Shown piece after piece: positions 51,542-61,121 of a DNA stretch of 64,000 bases. A program made the translations under genes and the position numbers. Numbering within the stretch: the first letter of the stretch is position 1; every line of letters starts with the position of its first letter. Source of the DNA: an uncultured delta proteobacterium (GTDB lineage Bacteria; Desulfobacterota; Desulfobacteria; Desulfobacterales; JAHEIW01); contig CAVPNL010000004.1 in the NCBI GenBank assembly GCA_963706575.1, positions 1 to 64,000 of the forward strand, written 5' to 3'. The notes beneath the pieces are model-generated. The model saw only the letters and a program-made list of their open reading frames with translations. It ran no database searches and was not told the DNA's origin.

Positions 51542-52099
51542 ATGCGAGAGTTATCTTTACATATTTTAGATGTCGCTGAAAACGGGATTACCGCCGGAGG
51601 GGATTGCATCTGGATCGAGGTTAATGAGGAACGCAAAACGGATCAGTTAAAAATTGTGATTCGCGATAATGGCCGGGGGATGCCTGTCGAAAAACTGGAA
51701 AATATCGACGACCCTTTCATAACAACCCGAACCACACGCAGAGTCGGTCTGGGTCTCTCTCTTTTGGCGGCCGCTGCCGGACGGTGTGAAGGGACAATGC
51801 ATGTAGATAGCAAGCCCGGCAAAGGCACAGAAATAATAGCGACATTCCGTTTCAATCATATCGACCGTGCGCCTCTGGGCGATATGGCCGCGACGATTAC
51901 GACTTTAATCATGGGTAATCCAGGAATCGATTTTGTTTATTCACATCGCATCGATGGTAATGAGTATAGACTGGATACCAGGGAAATCCGGGCAGAGATG
52001 GAAGATCTTTCTCTGTCCGACCCGATAGTAATTCACCATTTGACCGAAACCATCCGTTCTGCACTCGAAAAGCTGTCATCAAATGAGAACGAATCTTGA
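51542..52099 (+). CDS. HATPase_c protein (hydrogenase-operon-associated kinase)
   Basis: MRELSLHILDVAENG, DNGRG, DPF.TTRTTRRVGLG, HIDR.PLGD. Confidence 0.88.
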   Translation: MRELSLHILDVAENGITAGGDCIWIEVNEERKTDQLKIVIRDNGRGMPVEKLENIDDPFITTRTTRRVGLGLSLLAAAAGRCEGTMHVDSKPGKGTEIIATFRFNHIDRAPLGDMAATITTLIMGNPGIDFVYSHRIDGNEYRLDTREIRAEMEDLSLSDPIVIHHLTETIRSALEKLSSNENES

Positions 52100-52137
52100 A
52101 CACTGAATAAAGGTCAAATCAATGGAGGAAAAACGAC

Positions 52138-52506
52138 ATGGCAAAGCTGACAATTGATGATCTAAAAAAGATTAAGGAAAAAACCGCCAAAGAAACCTCA
52201 CTGCGCGATGGCCCCGCAAGTATAAAGATCACGGTGCACATGGGCACCTGCGGAATAGCAGCCGGTGCCCGTGATGTCATGAGTGCGCTTATGGAAGAGA
52301 TGGCCGAGGCAGATCGACAGGATATCCGGGTCGTTGCTTCCGGCTGCATGGGGATGTGCAGTAGCGAGCCCAATGTCACCATTGAGGCCCAGGACAGCGA
52401 GCCCATTGTTTATCAGCTGATGGATTCCAACAAAATGCGCCAGGTTTTCAAGCGGCATGTCCTGCTGGGTGAGGTCCAAACCGATTTTGCGCTGGCTAAG
52501 ATGTAA
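52138..52506 (+). CDS. Thioredoxin-like [2Fe-2S] ferredoxin (HydD/HndB-like)
   Basis: MGTCGIAAGA, GCMGMCSSEP. Confidence 0.88.
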   Translation: MAKLTIDDLKKIKEKTAKETSLRDGPASIKITVHMGTCGIAAGARDVMSALMEEMAEADRQDIRVVASGCMGMCSSEPNVTIEAQDSEPIVYQLMDSNKMRQVFKRHVLLGEVQTDFALAKM

Positions 52507-52536
52507 CCTGACACCTGAATCCAAAGAAGGGTTTAT

Positions 52537-53649
52537 ATGAAGGTAGATGGCAAAGACCTGCGAACCATCTGGCTGGCCCCGGATGAGAAAACAGTCAGAA
52601 TCATCGACCAGCGACGTCTGCCCCACGAATTGGTATTGGTCGATTTACACACCGTTGATGATGTGATCACTGCCATCAAAGACATGTATGTGCGGGGCGC
52701 ACCTCTCATCGGTGTCACCGGGGCTTACGGAGTCTATCTGGCCGCCTTGCAGGCACCGCACCACCCGGTTGAGGACACCTATCTGGTTGCAGAATGTGAC
52801 CGCATCAAAGCCGCCCGACCCACGGCAGTAAACCTTTCCTGGGCTGTCGATAACGTCCTGGCCGCCGTATTGAGGGCCAGCCCGCCCGAAAAACGCATCA
52901 CCGCTGCCGGAGACCAGGCTGCATTAATTACTGAGCTGGAAGTCGAAAATTGCAAAAAAATCGGACAGCACGGCCTGCCGCTAATCGAGGCGATCAGCCG
53001 TCGCAAAAACGGCCGGCGGGTCAATATACTGACTCACTGCAATGCCGGCTGGCTGGCCTGCATCGAGCACGGCACGGCCACCGCGCCCATTTATGCGGCT
53101 TATGATCAGGGTGTTGATGTGCATGTCTGGGTGGATGAGACCCGGCCATTGAATCAGGGTAACCGCCTGACCGCATGGGAACTGGGCAAACACGGTGTCG
53201 ACCATACGATCATCACCGATAATGCCGGGGGTTACCTGATGCAGCAGGGAAAAGTGGATATCGTTATCGTCGGAACCGATCGGACGACAGCTACCGGAGA
53301 TGTCGCCAACAAAATCGGCACCTACTTGAAAGCGCTGGCAGCCAGAGACAACAACATCCCTTTTTATGTCGCCCTGCCTTCAAGCACCTTTGATTGGAAC
53401 ATCAAAGAGGGCGTCAAGGAGATTCCCATCGAGGAGCGTGACCCGGATGAAATCCGCTATATCGAAGGCCTGGTCAAAGATAAATCAACGCGTGTGCTGA
53501 TATGCCCTGAAAAAAGCCCTGCGGCCAATTATGCCTTTGATGTCACGCCGGCAAAATTGGTGACCGGTTTTATTACTGAACGAGGGTTATGCAAGGCAAC
53601 GTCGGAGGACATAAAGCGGCTTTTCCCCGAAAGATTCAGTAAACCATAG
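52537..53649 (+). CDS. mtnA: Methylthioribose-1-phosphate isomerase
   Basis: DQRRLP, VRGAP, RPTAVNL, THCNAG, DETRP, ANKIGT, FDVTP. Confidence 0.95.
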   Translation: MKVDGKDLRTIWLAPDEKTVRIIDQRRLPHELVLVDLHTVDDVITAIKDMYVRGAPLIGVTGAYGVYLAALQAPHHPVEDTYLVAECDRIKAARPTAVNLSWAVDNVLAAVLRASPPEKRITAAGDQAALITELEVENCKKIGQHGLPLIEAISRRKNGRRVNILTHCNAGWLACIEHGTATAPIYAAYDQGVDVHVWVDETRPLNQGNRLTAWELGKHGVDHTIITDNAGGYLMQQGKVDIVIVGTDRTTATGDVANKIGTYLKALAARDNNIPFYVALPSSTFDWNIKEGVKEIPIEERDPDEIRYIEGLVKDKSTRVLICPEKSPAANYAFDVTPAKLVTGFITERGLCKATSEDIKRLFPERFSKP

Positions 53650-53678
53650 TATAATGTCAGGTTTCACGTATGAATCTG

Positions 53679-53805
53679 TTTAATTGGTTTGATTGGTTTA
53701 ATTTGTTCAATTGGTTCGCTTTAAGCCAACCAATAAAACCAATGAAACAAATAAAACTAATTTAACAAGTTTTAGAAGCCCAGAACCTTTGAACCTTGAA
53801 CCCTA
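53679..53805. repeat. Inverted 9-mer repeats (TTAATTGGT/ACCAATAAA) plus GAACCTT repeats
   Basis: tttaattgg tttgattgg tttaatttg ttcaattgg ... accaataaa accaatgaa acaaataaa; gaacctttgaaccttgaacc. Confidence 0.75.
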
Positions 53806-53848
53806 TTAAATATTGACATATCTACCATCAAATGCCTATAGGCACCCC

Positions 53849-54328
53849 ATGCTGACTGAACTGGAAAAAAAGATCATCGCGTCGGTCCAGGAAGATATGG
53901 CTGTCGCCGAGCGCCCGTATCTGAAAATCGCACAGAACCTTGGAATTACCGAAACGCAATTGCTGGAAAAACTGAAAGACCTTTGCAACCGGGAAGTCAT
54001 TCGCCGATTTGGAGCCACCCTGCGGCATCAGCGCACCGGGTTCACCGCGAATGCAATGGTGGCCTGGAAGGTTGAAGAGGATCGCATTGAAGCTGTCGGA
54101 CAGAAAATGGCTGCTTTTGGCCAGGTATCCCACTGTTACCGCCGCAACCCCAGCCGTGACTGGCCGTATAACCTGTACACCATGGTACATGCCAGTGATG
54201 AACGATCATGCCATGCAACCGCTCGTAAAATGTCCGAAGCCACATCGGTGAAAGAATACGCGCTACTGTTTAGTCGTGAAGAATTGAAAAAAACATCCAT
54301 GGTGTATTTTCCCTCGAATGAAGCGTGA
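53849..54328 (+). CDS. ahbB: Siroheme decarboxylase subunit (AhbB/NirH, Lrp/AsnC-like)
   Basis: RRFGA...NAMVAW, VSHCY.R, WPYNLYTMVH, ELKKTSM. Confidence 0.85.
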   Translation: MLTELEKKIIASVQEDMAVAERPYLKIAQNLGITETQLLEKLKDLCNREVIRRFGATLRHQRTGFTANAMVAWKVEEDRIEAVGQKMAAFGQVSHCYRRNPSRDWPYNLYTMVHASDERSCHATARKMSEATSVKEYALLFSREELKKTSMVYFPSNEA

Positions 54329-55670
54329 TGTTCCGCATATCCTTCTGATCAATCCCTGGATTCATGATTTCGCCGCCTATGATTTCTGGGCCAAACCGTT
54401 GGGGATACTTGCCCTGGCAGCCCTGCTCAGATCCCATGGGTTATCTGTGTCCTACATCGATTGTCTGGATCGCTTTCATCCCAAAGCACCTGGCGGGGAT
54501 CCTTCAGCGCGCTACGGCCGGGGCCCCTATTTAAAAACACGGATTGCCAAACCCCACGCCCTCAGGGATGTTCAGCGCACCTTTTCGCGGTACGGCATCA
54601 AGCCCCGGTGGTTCGAGGAAGATCTTCAGGCGCTGCAGCCGCCTGATCTTATTATGATCACTTCTTTGATGACCTACTGGTATACCGGTGTACAGGAAAC
54701 CATCACAATCCTGCGGGCATTTTTTCCGCACACGGCGATCATTTTAGGCGGGATCTATGCCAGTCTTTGCGATAAACATGCGTCCAAAAGCGCCGGGGCT
54801 GATGACATCTTTCGCGGGCCGGCCGAGGACGCTTTGTTTGGCCTTATCGCCCAATATACGCAATTCACGACCGCACCCCGCTTCAACTCGCAAAAACTAG
54901 ATACCTACCCCTACCCTGCTCTGGATTTGCAAAACCGCGTCAACTACGTCCCTCTGCTGACTTCAAGAGGCTGTCCGTTTAAATGCACCTACTGTGCGTC
55001 GCATTTCCTGAATCCCACCCGAATGTGGCGCAGCCCGGATTCCGTCCTCGAAGAAATAAAATTCTGGCACCAATCCTATCAGGCCCAAGATTTTGTCCTC
55101 TATGACGATGCCTTTTTGGTCGACGCTGAACGGCATGCCATCCCGCTGCTGGAAAAAATTATACAAGCCGATATGCGCCTGCGTTTCCATACACCCAACG
55201 CACTTCATATTCGCGGCATAAACACCCAAACCGCCCGTCTTTTGTTCAGAGCCGGATTTAAAACCATCCGTCTGGGACTGGAAACGGCCGAATTCGATCA
55301 GCGGGAAATCATCGACCGCAAGGTGACGGAAGAAGATTTCCGGCAAACCGCCAAATATTTGAAAGAAGCCGGTTTTGAAAAACACCAGGTTGGTGCCTAC
55401 TTGCTCATGGGGCTGCCGGGCCAGGAATTGGCTACCGTTGAACGTTCAATTCGAGCAGTTCAAGAAACGCAAATAACACCTATTTTAGCCTATTACTCGC
55501 CGATCCCGCACACGGCAATGTGGCCAAGGGCGGTCGCCGCGTCTCGCTATGATCTGGAAGCAGATCCAATTTTTACGAATAATTCAATCATCCCCTGTCA
55601 GTCTGAAGCATTTAACTGGGAGACCGTCTCTGCTCTGAAAGAACTTGCTTCTGCTTCAGCCACAGCGTAA
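54318..55670 (+). CDS. B12-binding-domain radical SAM protein
   Basis: NPWIHDFAAYD.W.KP, GGIYA, SRGCPFKCTYC, YDDA. Confidence 0.88.
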   Translation: MKRDVPHILLINPWIHDFAAYDFWAKPLGILALAALLRSHGLSVSYIDCLDRFHPKAPGGDPSARYGRGPYLKTRIAKPHALRDVQRTFSRYGIKPRWFEEDLQALQPPDLIMITSLMTYWYTGVQETITILRAFFPHTAIILGGIYASLCDKHASKSAGADDIFRGPAEDALFGLIAQYTQFTTAPRFNSQKLDTYPYPALDLQNRVNYVPLLTSRGCPFKCTYCASHFLNPTRMWRSPDSVLEEIKFWHQSYQAQDFVLYDDAFLVDAERHAIPLLEKIIQADMRLRFHTPNALHIRGINTQTARLLFRAGFKTIRLGLETAEFDQREIIDRKVTEEDFRQTAKYLKEAGFEKHQVGAYLLMGLPGQELATVERSIRAVQETQITPILAYYSPIPHTAMWPRAVAASRYDLEADPIFTNNSIIPCQSEAFNWETVSALKELASASATA

Positions 55671-55748
55671 AGTCTGTATGCAGTCTTATATCTATGTCTG
55701 AATTTTAAGTGAAAATTTGAGCTTATAAAAGGCAAAAAAGGAGCCGCT

Positions 55749-56744
55749 ATGAAGGAACACTCAGCTTATCGTAAATTTGCCGCAATGATGCTGCAGGAAG
55801 ACTCCGAATATATTCCGCAGATTCTCAAGTGCATGATCAATGATGCGCAGGCCGAATTGCTGGTGTCTCTACCGGGGACCGCAGCCCAGCTGGCTGAAAA
55901 ATTGGACCGCGCTGTTGATGCGATCCAGGCAGATCTGAACGATCTGTTCCGCAAAGGTCTGGCATTTAAAAAAGAAAAAAAGGAAGGGATGCTCTGGCGG
56001 ACCCCTGCCCACCTCGCCCAGTTTCATGATGCTTCGATTCTGTGGCCGGAGGCGCCCGCTGAATTTTATGATCTGTGGGCCACTTACATGGAAAAAGATT
56101 GGCCTAAACTGGCGCCCGTACTGACGGAACTGATGCCCAGACCGTATACCCGGGTGATACCGGTGGGCAAGTCCCTGGAAACCGGGAAGGTCCAGGTCCT
56201 GGCGCCGGAAAATGTCAGAAAAATCATCGACGATGCAAGCCGCCTGGCGGTGACCCAGTGCACCTGCCGTCTGAGCATGCGCAAATGCGATACCCCGGTG
56301 GAGGCCTGCCTGCAAATCAACCGTGCCGCCGATTACACCATTGAAAGAGGCTCCGGCCGCGAAATCACCAGAGCAGAAGCCCATAAAATTATTAGCGAGA
56401 CCGAAAAGGCAGGTCTCGTGCATGTCACCATGAACAAGGCCAATGTCGGCCATTTTATCTGCAACTGCTGCGGATGCTGTTGCCAATCGTTCACCCTGCT
56501 GATTGCCGATGGCCTGCACATCTGCGATCCCAGCCGCTACCGCCCCGAGGTTGATATCGACGTTTGCACCGGCTGCGGGACCTGTGAGGAGCGCTGCTGG
56601 TTTGATGCCATCGCTGTCTCTGAAGATGAAGTGGCAGCAGTGGTCGCAGATAAATGCCTGGGATGCGGGCAATGTGCGGTCGGGTGCCCGGAGGAGGCCA
56701 TCCGCATGACCGAGGTACGGGAGCCAGGATTTATTCCAGAGTAA
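55749..56744 (+). CDS. 4Fe-4S binding protein with N-terminal HTH-like region
   Basis: CTCR..C..C, GLVH, ICNCCGCCC, C-terminal 2x CxxCxxCxxxC. Confidence 0.85.
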   Translation: MKEHSAYRKFAAMMLQEDSEYIPQILKCMINDAQAELLVSLPGTAAQLAEKLDRAVDAIQADLNDLFRKGLAFKKEKKEGMLWRTPAHLAQFHDASILWPEAPAEFYDLWATYMEKDWPKLAPVLTELMPRPYTRVIPVGKSLETGKVQVLAPENVRKIIDDASRLAVTQCTCRLSMRKCDTPVEACLQINRAADYTIERGSGREITRAEAHKIISETEKAGLVHVTMNKANVGHFICNCCGCCCQSFTLLIADGLHICDPSRYRPEVDIDVCTGCGTCEERCWFDAIAVSEDEVAAVVADKCLGCGQCAVGCPEEAIRMTEVREPGFIPE

Positions 56745-56776
56745 CACATTAAAATGGGGCCTTGGGGAGTTTTACC

Positions 56777-56832
56777 GTCATGCCCGCGCCAGGCGGGCAT
56801 CCAGCCTTCATCCCCGCGCAGGCGGGAATGAC
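56777..56832. repeat. REP-like palindromic element
   Basis: GTCATGCCCGCGCCAGGCGGGCATCCAG...CCCGCGCAGGCGGGAATGAC. Confidence 0.75.
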
Positions 56833-56890
56833 ACGCTTGGAATGAAAAAACTTTTCGCCCCCTCAATTAAATGAAATGGAGAGACGAAAA

Positions 56891-58360
56891 ATGATAGGTC
56901 TAAAAGCCGCAGATCTTCAAAGACAAAAAATCGATACGCTTATCGTGCCGGTATGCCAAGACCGGAAAATCCACGAAGACCGTATTATCAACGGGATCAT
57001 CAAGAAGGCATTGCAGCTGAAAGAATTTAAAGCCGAAAAAGATAATGAGTTAACCCTTTATGATTTAAAAGATCTCAACACAAAGCGGGTTATCTTTGTC
57101 GGACTTGGCAAACTTAAAAAAATTGACCATGAAACCTTGCGGGCATTTTGCGGCGCAATTGTCAAAAAATGTATCGCCGCTGATCTTGAGGTTATTTGGG
57201 TTACAGTACCGGCAGCCCAAAAGCTTAAAATGGAGATGCCGGACGTTGTTAAGGCCCTGATGGAAGGCGCCTGCCTGGGAAATCATTTGTTTGACAAATA
57301 TAAAAAGGAGAAGAAAAAGAAACCCTTAAAACAAATTAACTTTCTGGTAAAACCAGAGGCATTGGGCAAACTAAGAAGAATCGCTCCTAAAGTTAACACC
57401 GTCTGCGCAGGCACCATCCTTGCGCGTGAATGGATCAGTACACCGTCAAACGACAAAACGCCGGAGCAGTTTACGCGCTCAATTGTCTCAAAGGCCAAGA
57501 AATACGGTCTTAAAACCCGAGTGCTGCGTGAAAAGGATTTAAAGCAGCACAGGTTTGGTGCTTTGCTGGCGGTGGCTGCCGGCAGTCAGAGCAAGCCCAG
57601 CATGGTGGTATTGGAACATAAGCCTGCCGGCGCTAAAAAAACCCTGGCGCTGGTCGGAAAAGGGGTCACCTTTGATTCCGGCGGCCTCAACATTAAAACC
57701 GGCGAGTCCATGGCCGGCATGAAAGCGGATATGTCCGGTGCCGCTGTTGTCGCCGCCACCATGATCACCCTGGCCAGACTTAAAACAAAATCCCACGTTA
57801 TCGGCGCCATACCGATTGTTGAAAATATGCCATCCGGCAAAGCAACCCGGCCCGGCGACATCGTGCGCAGCTATGGAGGCAAAACCATTGAAATTGGAAA
57901 CACCGATGCCGAAGGCCGTTTGATTTTGATTGACGCCATGTCTTATGTCGTAAAAAAGCATAAACCCCAGGTGATGATTGACCTGGCAACCCTGACCGGC
58001 GCCTGTGTTGTGGCCCTGGGGGAAAAAATCGCCGGGGTTTTTTCACCGGATAATGAGTTGGCCGAAGCCATTATTGCATCCGGCAATAAAAGCCATGAGC
58101 GCTGCTGGCAGATGCCGCTGCCGGAAGATTATAAAGAGCTTCTCAAAAGCGATTTTGCCGACCTCAACAATATGTCCAATTCCCGCTGGGGCGGCGCCAT
58201 CACCGCGGCTTTATTTCTATCGGAGTTTAGCGGCGATACCCGGTGGGCCCACATCGACATTGCCGGCCCGGCCTATCTCAAAAAAGGTAATGCCTACTGC
58301 GGCCCCGGCGGCACCGGTTTTGGTGTCCGGTTGCTGTGTGATCTAATTCAAAAGCTTTAA
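56891..58360 (+). CDS. pepA: Leucyl aminopeptidase (M17)
   Basis: VGKGVTFDSGG, MKADM, NTDAEGRL, ATLTGA, HIDIAG. Confidence 0.95.
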   Translation: MIGLKAADLQRQKIDTLIVPVCQDRKIHEDRIINGIIKKALQLKEFKAEKDNELTLYDLKDLNTKRVIFVGLGKLKKIDHETLRAFCGAIVKKCIAADLEVIWVTVPAAQKLKMEMPDVVKALMEGACLGNHLFDKYKKEKKKKPLKQINFLVKPEALGKLRRIAPKVNTVCAGTILAREWISTPSNDKTPEQFTRSIVSKAKKYGLKTRVLREKDLKQHRFGALLAVAAGSQSKPSMVVLEHKPAGAKKTLALVGKGVTFDSGGLNIKTGESMAGMKADMSGAAVVAATMITLARLKTKSHVIGAIPIVENMPSGKATRPGDIVRSYGGKTIEIGNTDAEGRLILIDAMSYVVKKHKPQVMIDLATLTGACVVALGEKIAGVFSPDNELAEAIIASGNKSHERCWQMPLPEDYKELLKSDFADLNNMSNSRWGGAITAALFLSEFSGDTRWAHIDIAGPAYLKKGNAYCGPGGTGFGVRLLCDLIQKL

Positions 58361-58381
58361 TGCCTTTCCAGTCGCAAATAA

Positions 58382-58475
58382 CGCATAGCGCATGGCGCAT
58401 AGAGCATAGCGTTGAATGAATGAAAGGCTTTTTCAAGTTTTTTAACTCTATGCGCTATGCGCTTTGCCCTTTGCC
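58382..58475. repeat. Inverted 7-mer repeats (GCATAGC/GCTATGC)
   Basis: gcatagc gcatggc gcataga gcatagc ... tctatgc gctatgc gctttgc cctttgc. Confidence 0.85.
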
Positions 58476-58530
58476 ATTTAAGAAGTCCTAGTGGCAGGGT
58501 GTTAGCGCTTGAAAACGTGAGGATTCTGAC

Positions 58531-59661
58531 TTGATTGAACATGCTGAAGTTATTCACAAAGGCGATGACAGCGGCAACGAAATGCTGGTGCGCTTCCGGC
58601 TGCCGTCCGGGCTTGAAATTTTCGGTTTGCCGACCAAAAACTTTTACGGCGGTCATTGGGATTTGGGACCGACCTGGAATTATGCGGTCCTGTCCGACAA
58701 ACCGTTTCTGGTGGACGCCGGCCGCTTCGGCCAGGGCAAAAATCTGGTCGGAATGATGAAAGAAATCGGCATCACCGCCGCCGATCTTGAGTTTGTTTTG
58801 ATCAGCCACGGCCATGAAGACCATGACGGCGGGCTGGCCGAGCTGATAGACACCACCCATCTGAAGGTAAAAGCGCACGCTATTTACGGCCGGCTGATCA
58901 ACACATATCCCGCCAAATCTCCCGCAGGTAATAAAAAGGATTTTCCAGCCAAATGCTGGCACTGTCCCATGCCGGAGACATTTTACACCCAAAATTGCCT
59001 TGAATATCATAAGGTATTGCAGGAATTAAAGATCGATCCGATTGGCGACGGTGAAACCGAGATCGGATCGGATATCCGCACCCGTCATCTGCCGGGGCAC
59101 AGCCCGGATTGTCTGGCCGTGCGGCTGGGTGAAGAAGCCATCATTGTCGGGGACATCATTCTGCCGGATATCTCCCCGTGGCCGACGCGTGAATCTTTAT
59201 TCGACGAAGTCGCCGCAGTCATCAAGCCCCACTATACGGATGCCGCGGCAATCTTTGGTTTGCGGCGCTATATCCAGTCGCTCAAAGAATTAATCAAAAT
59301 TGCCGCTGACAATCCCGGATTGCTCGTGCTCCCGTCGCATCGGTTTTATTACCGTGGCTGCTGGAACCCGGTTGATCTTAAAAATAGGGCAAAGGAACTG
59401 CTGGAGCATCACATCCAGCGTTGCGGGGCCATTATCGACATTTTAAACAACGGGGCCAAAACGGCAGAGGAAATCGCTGCCGAGCATTTTGAAGAAAGAT
59501 TGCTCGAGGGCTTCGGCAGCATAATGGCAATCAATGAAATTGTCAGTCATTGCGAATTGCTCATCGAAAGCGGTGATGTGACCCTGGTAAACGGCCAGGC
59601 ATATGCCGCCACCGGCAGCATGCAATTTGAAAGATACATCAAGGACTTTGGCGCAGAATAG
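58531..59661 (+). CDS. Metallo-beta-lactamase-fold hydrolase
   Basis: VDAG, SHGHEDHDGG, PGHS, GD, PSH. Confidence 0.88.
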   Translation: MIEHAEVIHKGDDSGNEMLVRFRLPSGLEIFGLPTKNFYGGHWDLGPTWNYAVLSDKPFLVDAGRFGQGKNLVGMMKEIGITAADLEFVLISHGHEDHDGGLAELIDTTHLKVKAHAIYGRLINTYPAKSPAGNKKDFPAKCWHCPMPETFYTQNCLEYHKVLQELKIDPIGDGETEIGSDIRTRHLPGHSPDCLAVRLGEEAIIVGDIILPDISPWPTRESLFDEVAAVIKPHYTDAAAIFGLRRYIQSLKELIKIAADNPGLLVLPSHRFYYRGCWNPVDLKNRAKELLEHHIQRCGAIIDILNNGAKTAEEIAAEHFEERLLEGFGSIMAINEIVSHCELLIESGDVTLVNGQAYAATGSMQFERYIKDFGAE

Positions 59662-59741
59662 GTGTTGGGATGTAACGCAATTAACGGTCAACCGCCAGCG
59701 TCAAACCACTCTGGTGATTAAAGAGTGACTGGGAAAATAAG

Positions 59742-61083
59742 ATGGCCGATTATCAGCTTTACTGGAATAGCGAAAAGGAGACGCTTTCAGAGAAGGAATA
59801 TCGCTTCATTCAAGAGAAAGCGTTTTTAAACCAACTCGCTTATGTCTGGAAAAATTCAACCTTTTACCGGCAAAAATTCAATGAAACAGGACTGGCGCTC
59901 AAGGATATCAAAGGTCTTGATGATCTTCACAAGCTTCCTTTCACCGAAAAAACAGAGTTGCGCGACAGTCAAATCAATCATCCGCCTTTAGGAAAACATG
60001 CTATTGTTCCCCTGGAAAAGGTATCACGGGTTTATTCGACAAGCGGAACGACCGGCCGCCCCACTTATATTGGCCTGACCCGGCATGATATTAAAATCTG
60101 GCGCGAGAGTGCCAGTCGAGCCTTATGGACGGGTGGGTTTCGGCCCAGGAGCATTGTCCCGCTAATTGTCGCTCCTTACCTGATTGCCGATTCTTACACT
60201 GATGCCATCGAAAATATCGGCGCCACCTGTTTGCCGACAGGTGTGGGGGCCACGGATAGACTCATCGGTGCTTTTCAAAATATCGGAGCCAATGCGTCTG
60301 CTGGCAACGTCATCCTTTCCACTGCACTTTGCACGATCTCTCAAAAAGCGGGGCATCGAACCTAAAAGCCTGGGGCTTAAAATTATACTGGCCGGCGGCG
60401 AGCCGGGAGCCTCGATTCCGGCAATCCGTCATAAAGTCGAGGAGACATTTGGCTGTATCTTTCTGGAGATGATGGGAAACGGTGATATGGCCGGTGAAAT
60501 CTGGTCCGAATGTAGAGTATAAAAGCGGCATGCATTTTATTGCCCAGGGTATCGTTCATCCTGAAATCATTAACCCGGAGCTCTGGAGAACCGCTGGAGA
60601 TCTGTGAGGGAACTCAGGGAGAACTGATCTATACATCCATTGATCGGGAGTGTATGCCGCTCATCCGTTTTCGAACCCGTGACCATGTGATTGTCACACA
60701 GACCGGTTGTGAATGCGGCCGAACCGGTTTCGGGATACGGTGCATCGGCAGGACCGATGACATGCTCATCGTCCAGGGCGTCAATGTGTACCCTTCTGCC
60801 GTAAGGGATGTGGTCAGCAGTCTGGTACCCGATACAACCGGTGCCATAGAGATTCAATTAAAAAAGCAGCCACCCGAAGGATGGCAGCCGCCCATTCACA
60901 TAAAAGTGGAGCACGGGCAGAGGAACCGATGATTTGCTCAAACTCAAACAAAAGATTGAAGCGCTCATTCGCGAAAAACTTATCTTTCGAGCGGATGTCG
61001 AATTGGTCGCACCGAACAGTTTGCCAAAGTTTGAATACAAAGCAAAGCTTGTGAGAAAGCTTTACGAAGAAAAAAGCGGATAG
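59742..61083 (+). CDS. Phenylacetate-CoA ligase family protein (PaaK-like), about four apparent frameshifts
   Basis: LPFTEK, STSGTTGRP, GGEPG, PLIRFRTRD, GRTDDMLIVQGVNVYPS, LPKFEYKAK in successive frames. Confidence 0.8.
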
Positions 61084-61121
61084 TATATTAGGAAGTGGGA
61101 AGTTTCCAAGGAGATCATTAA

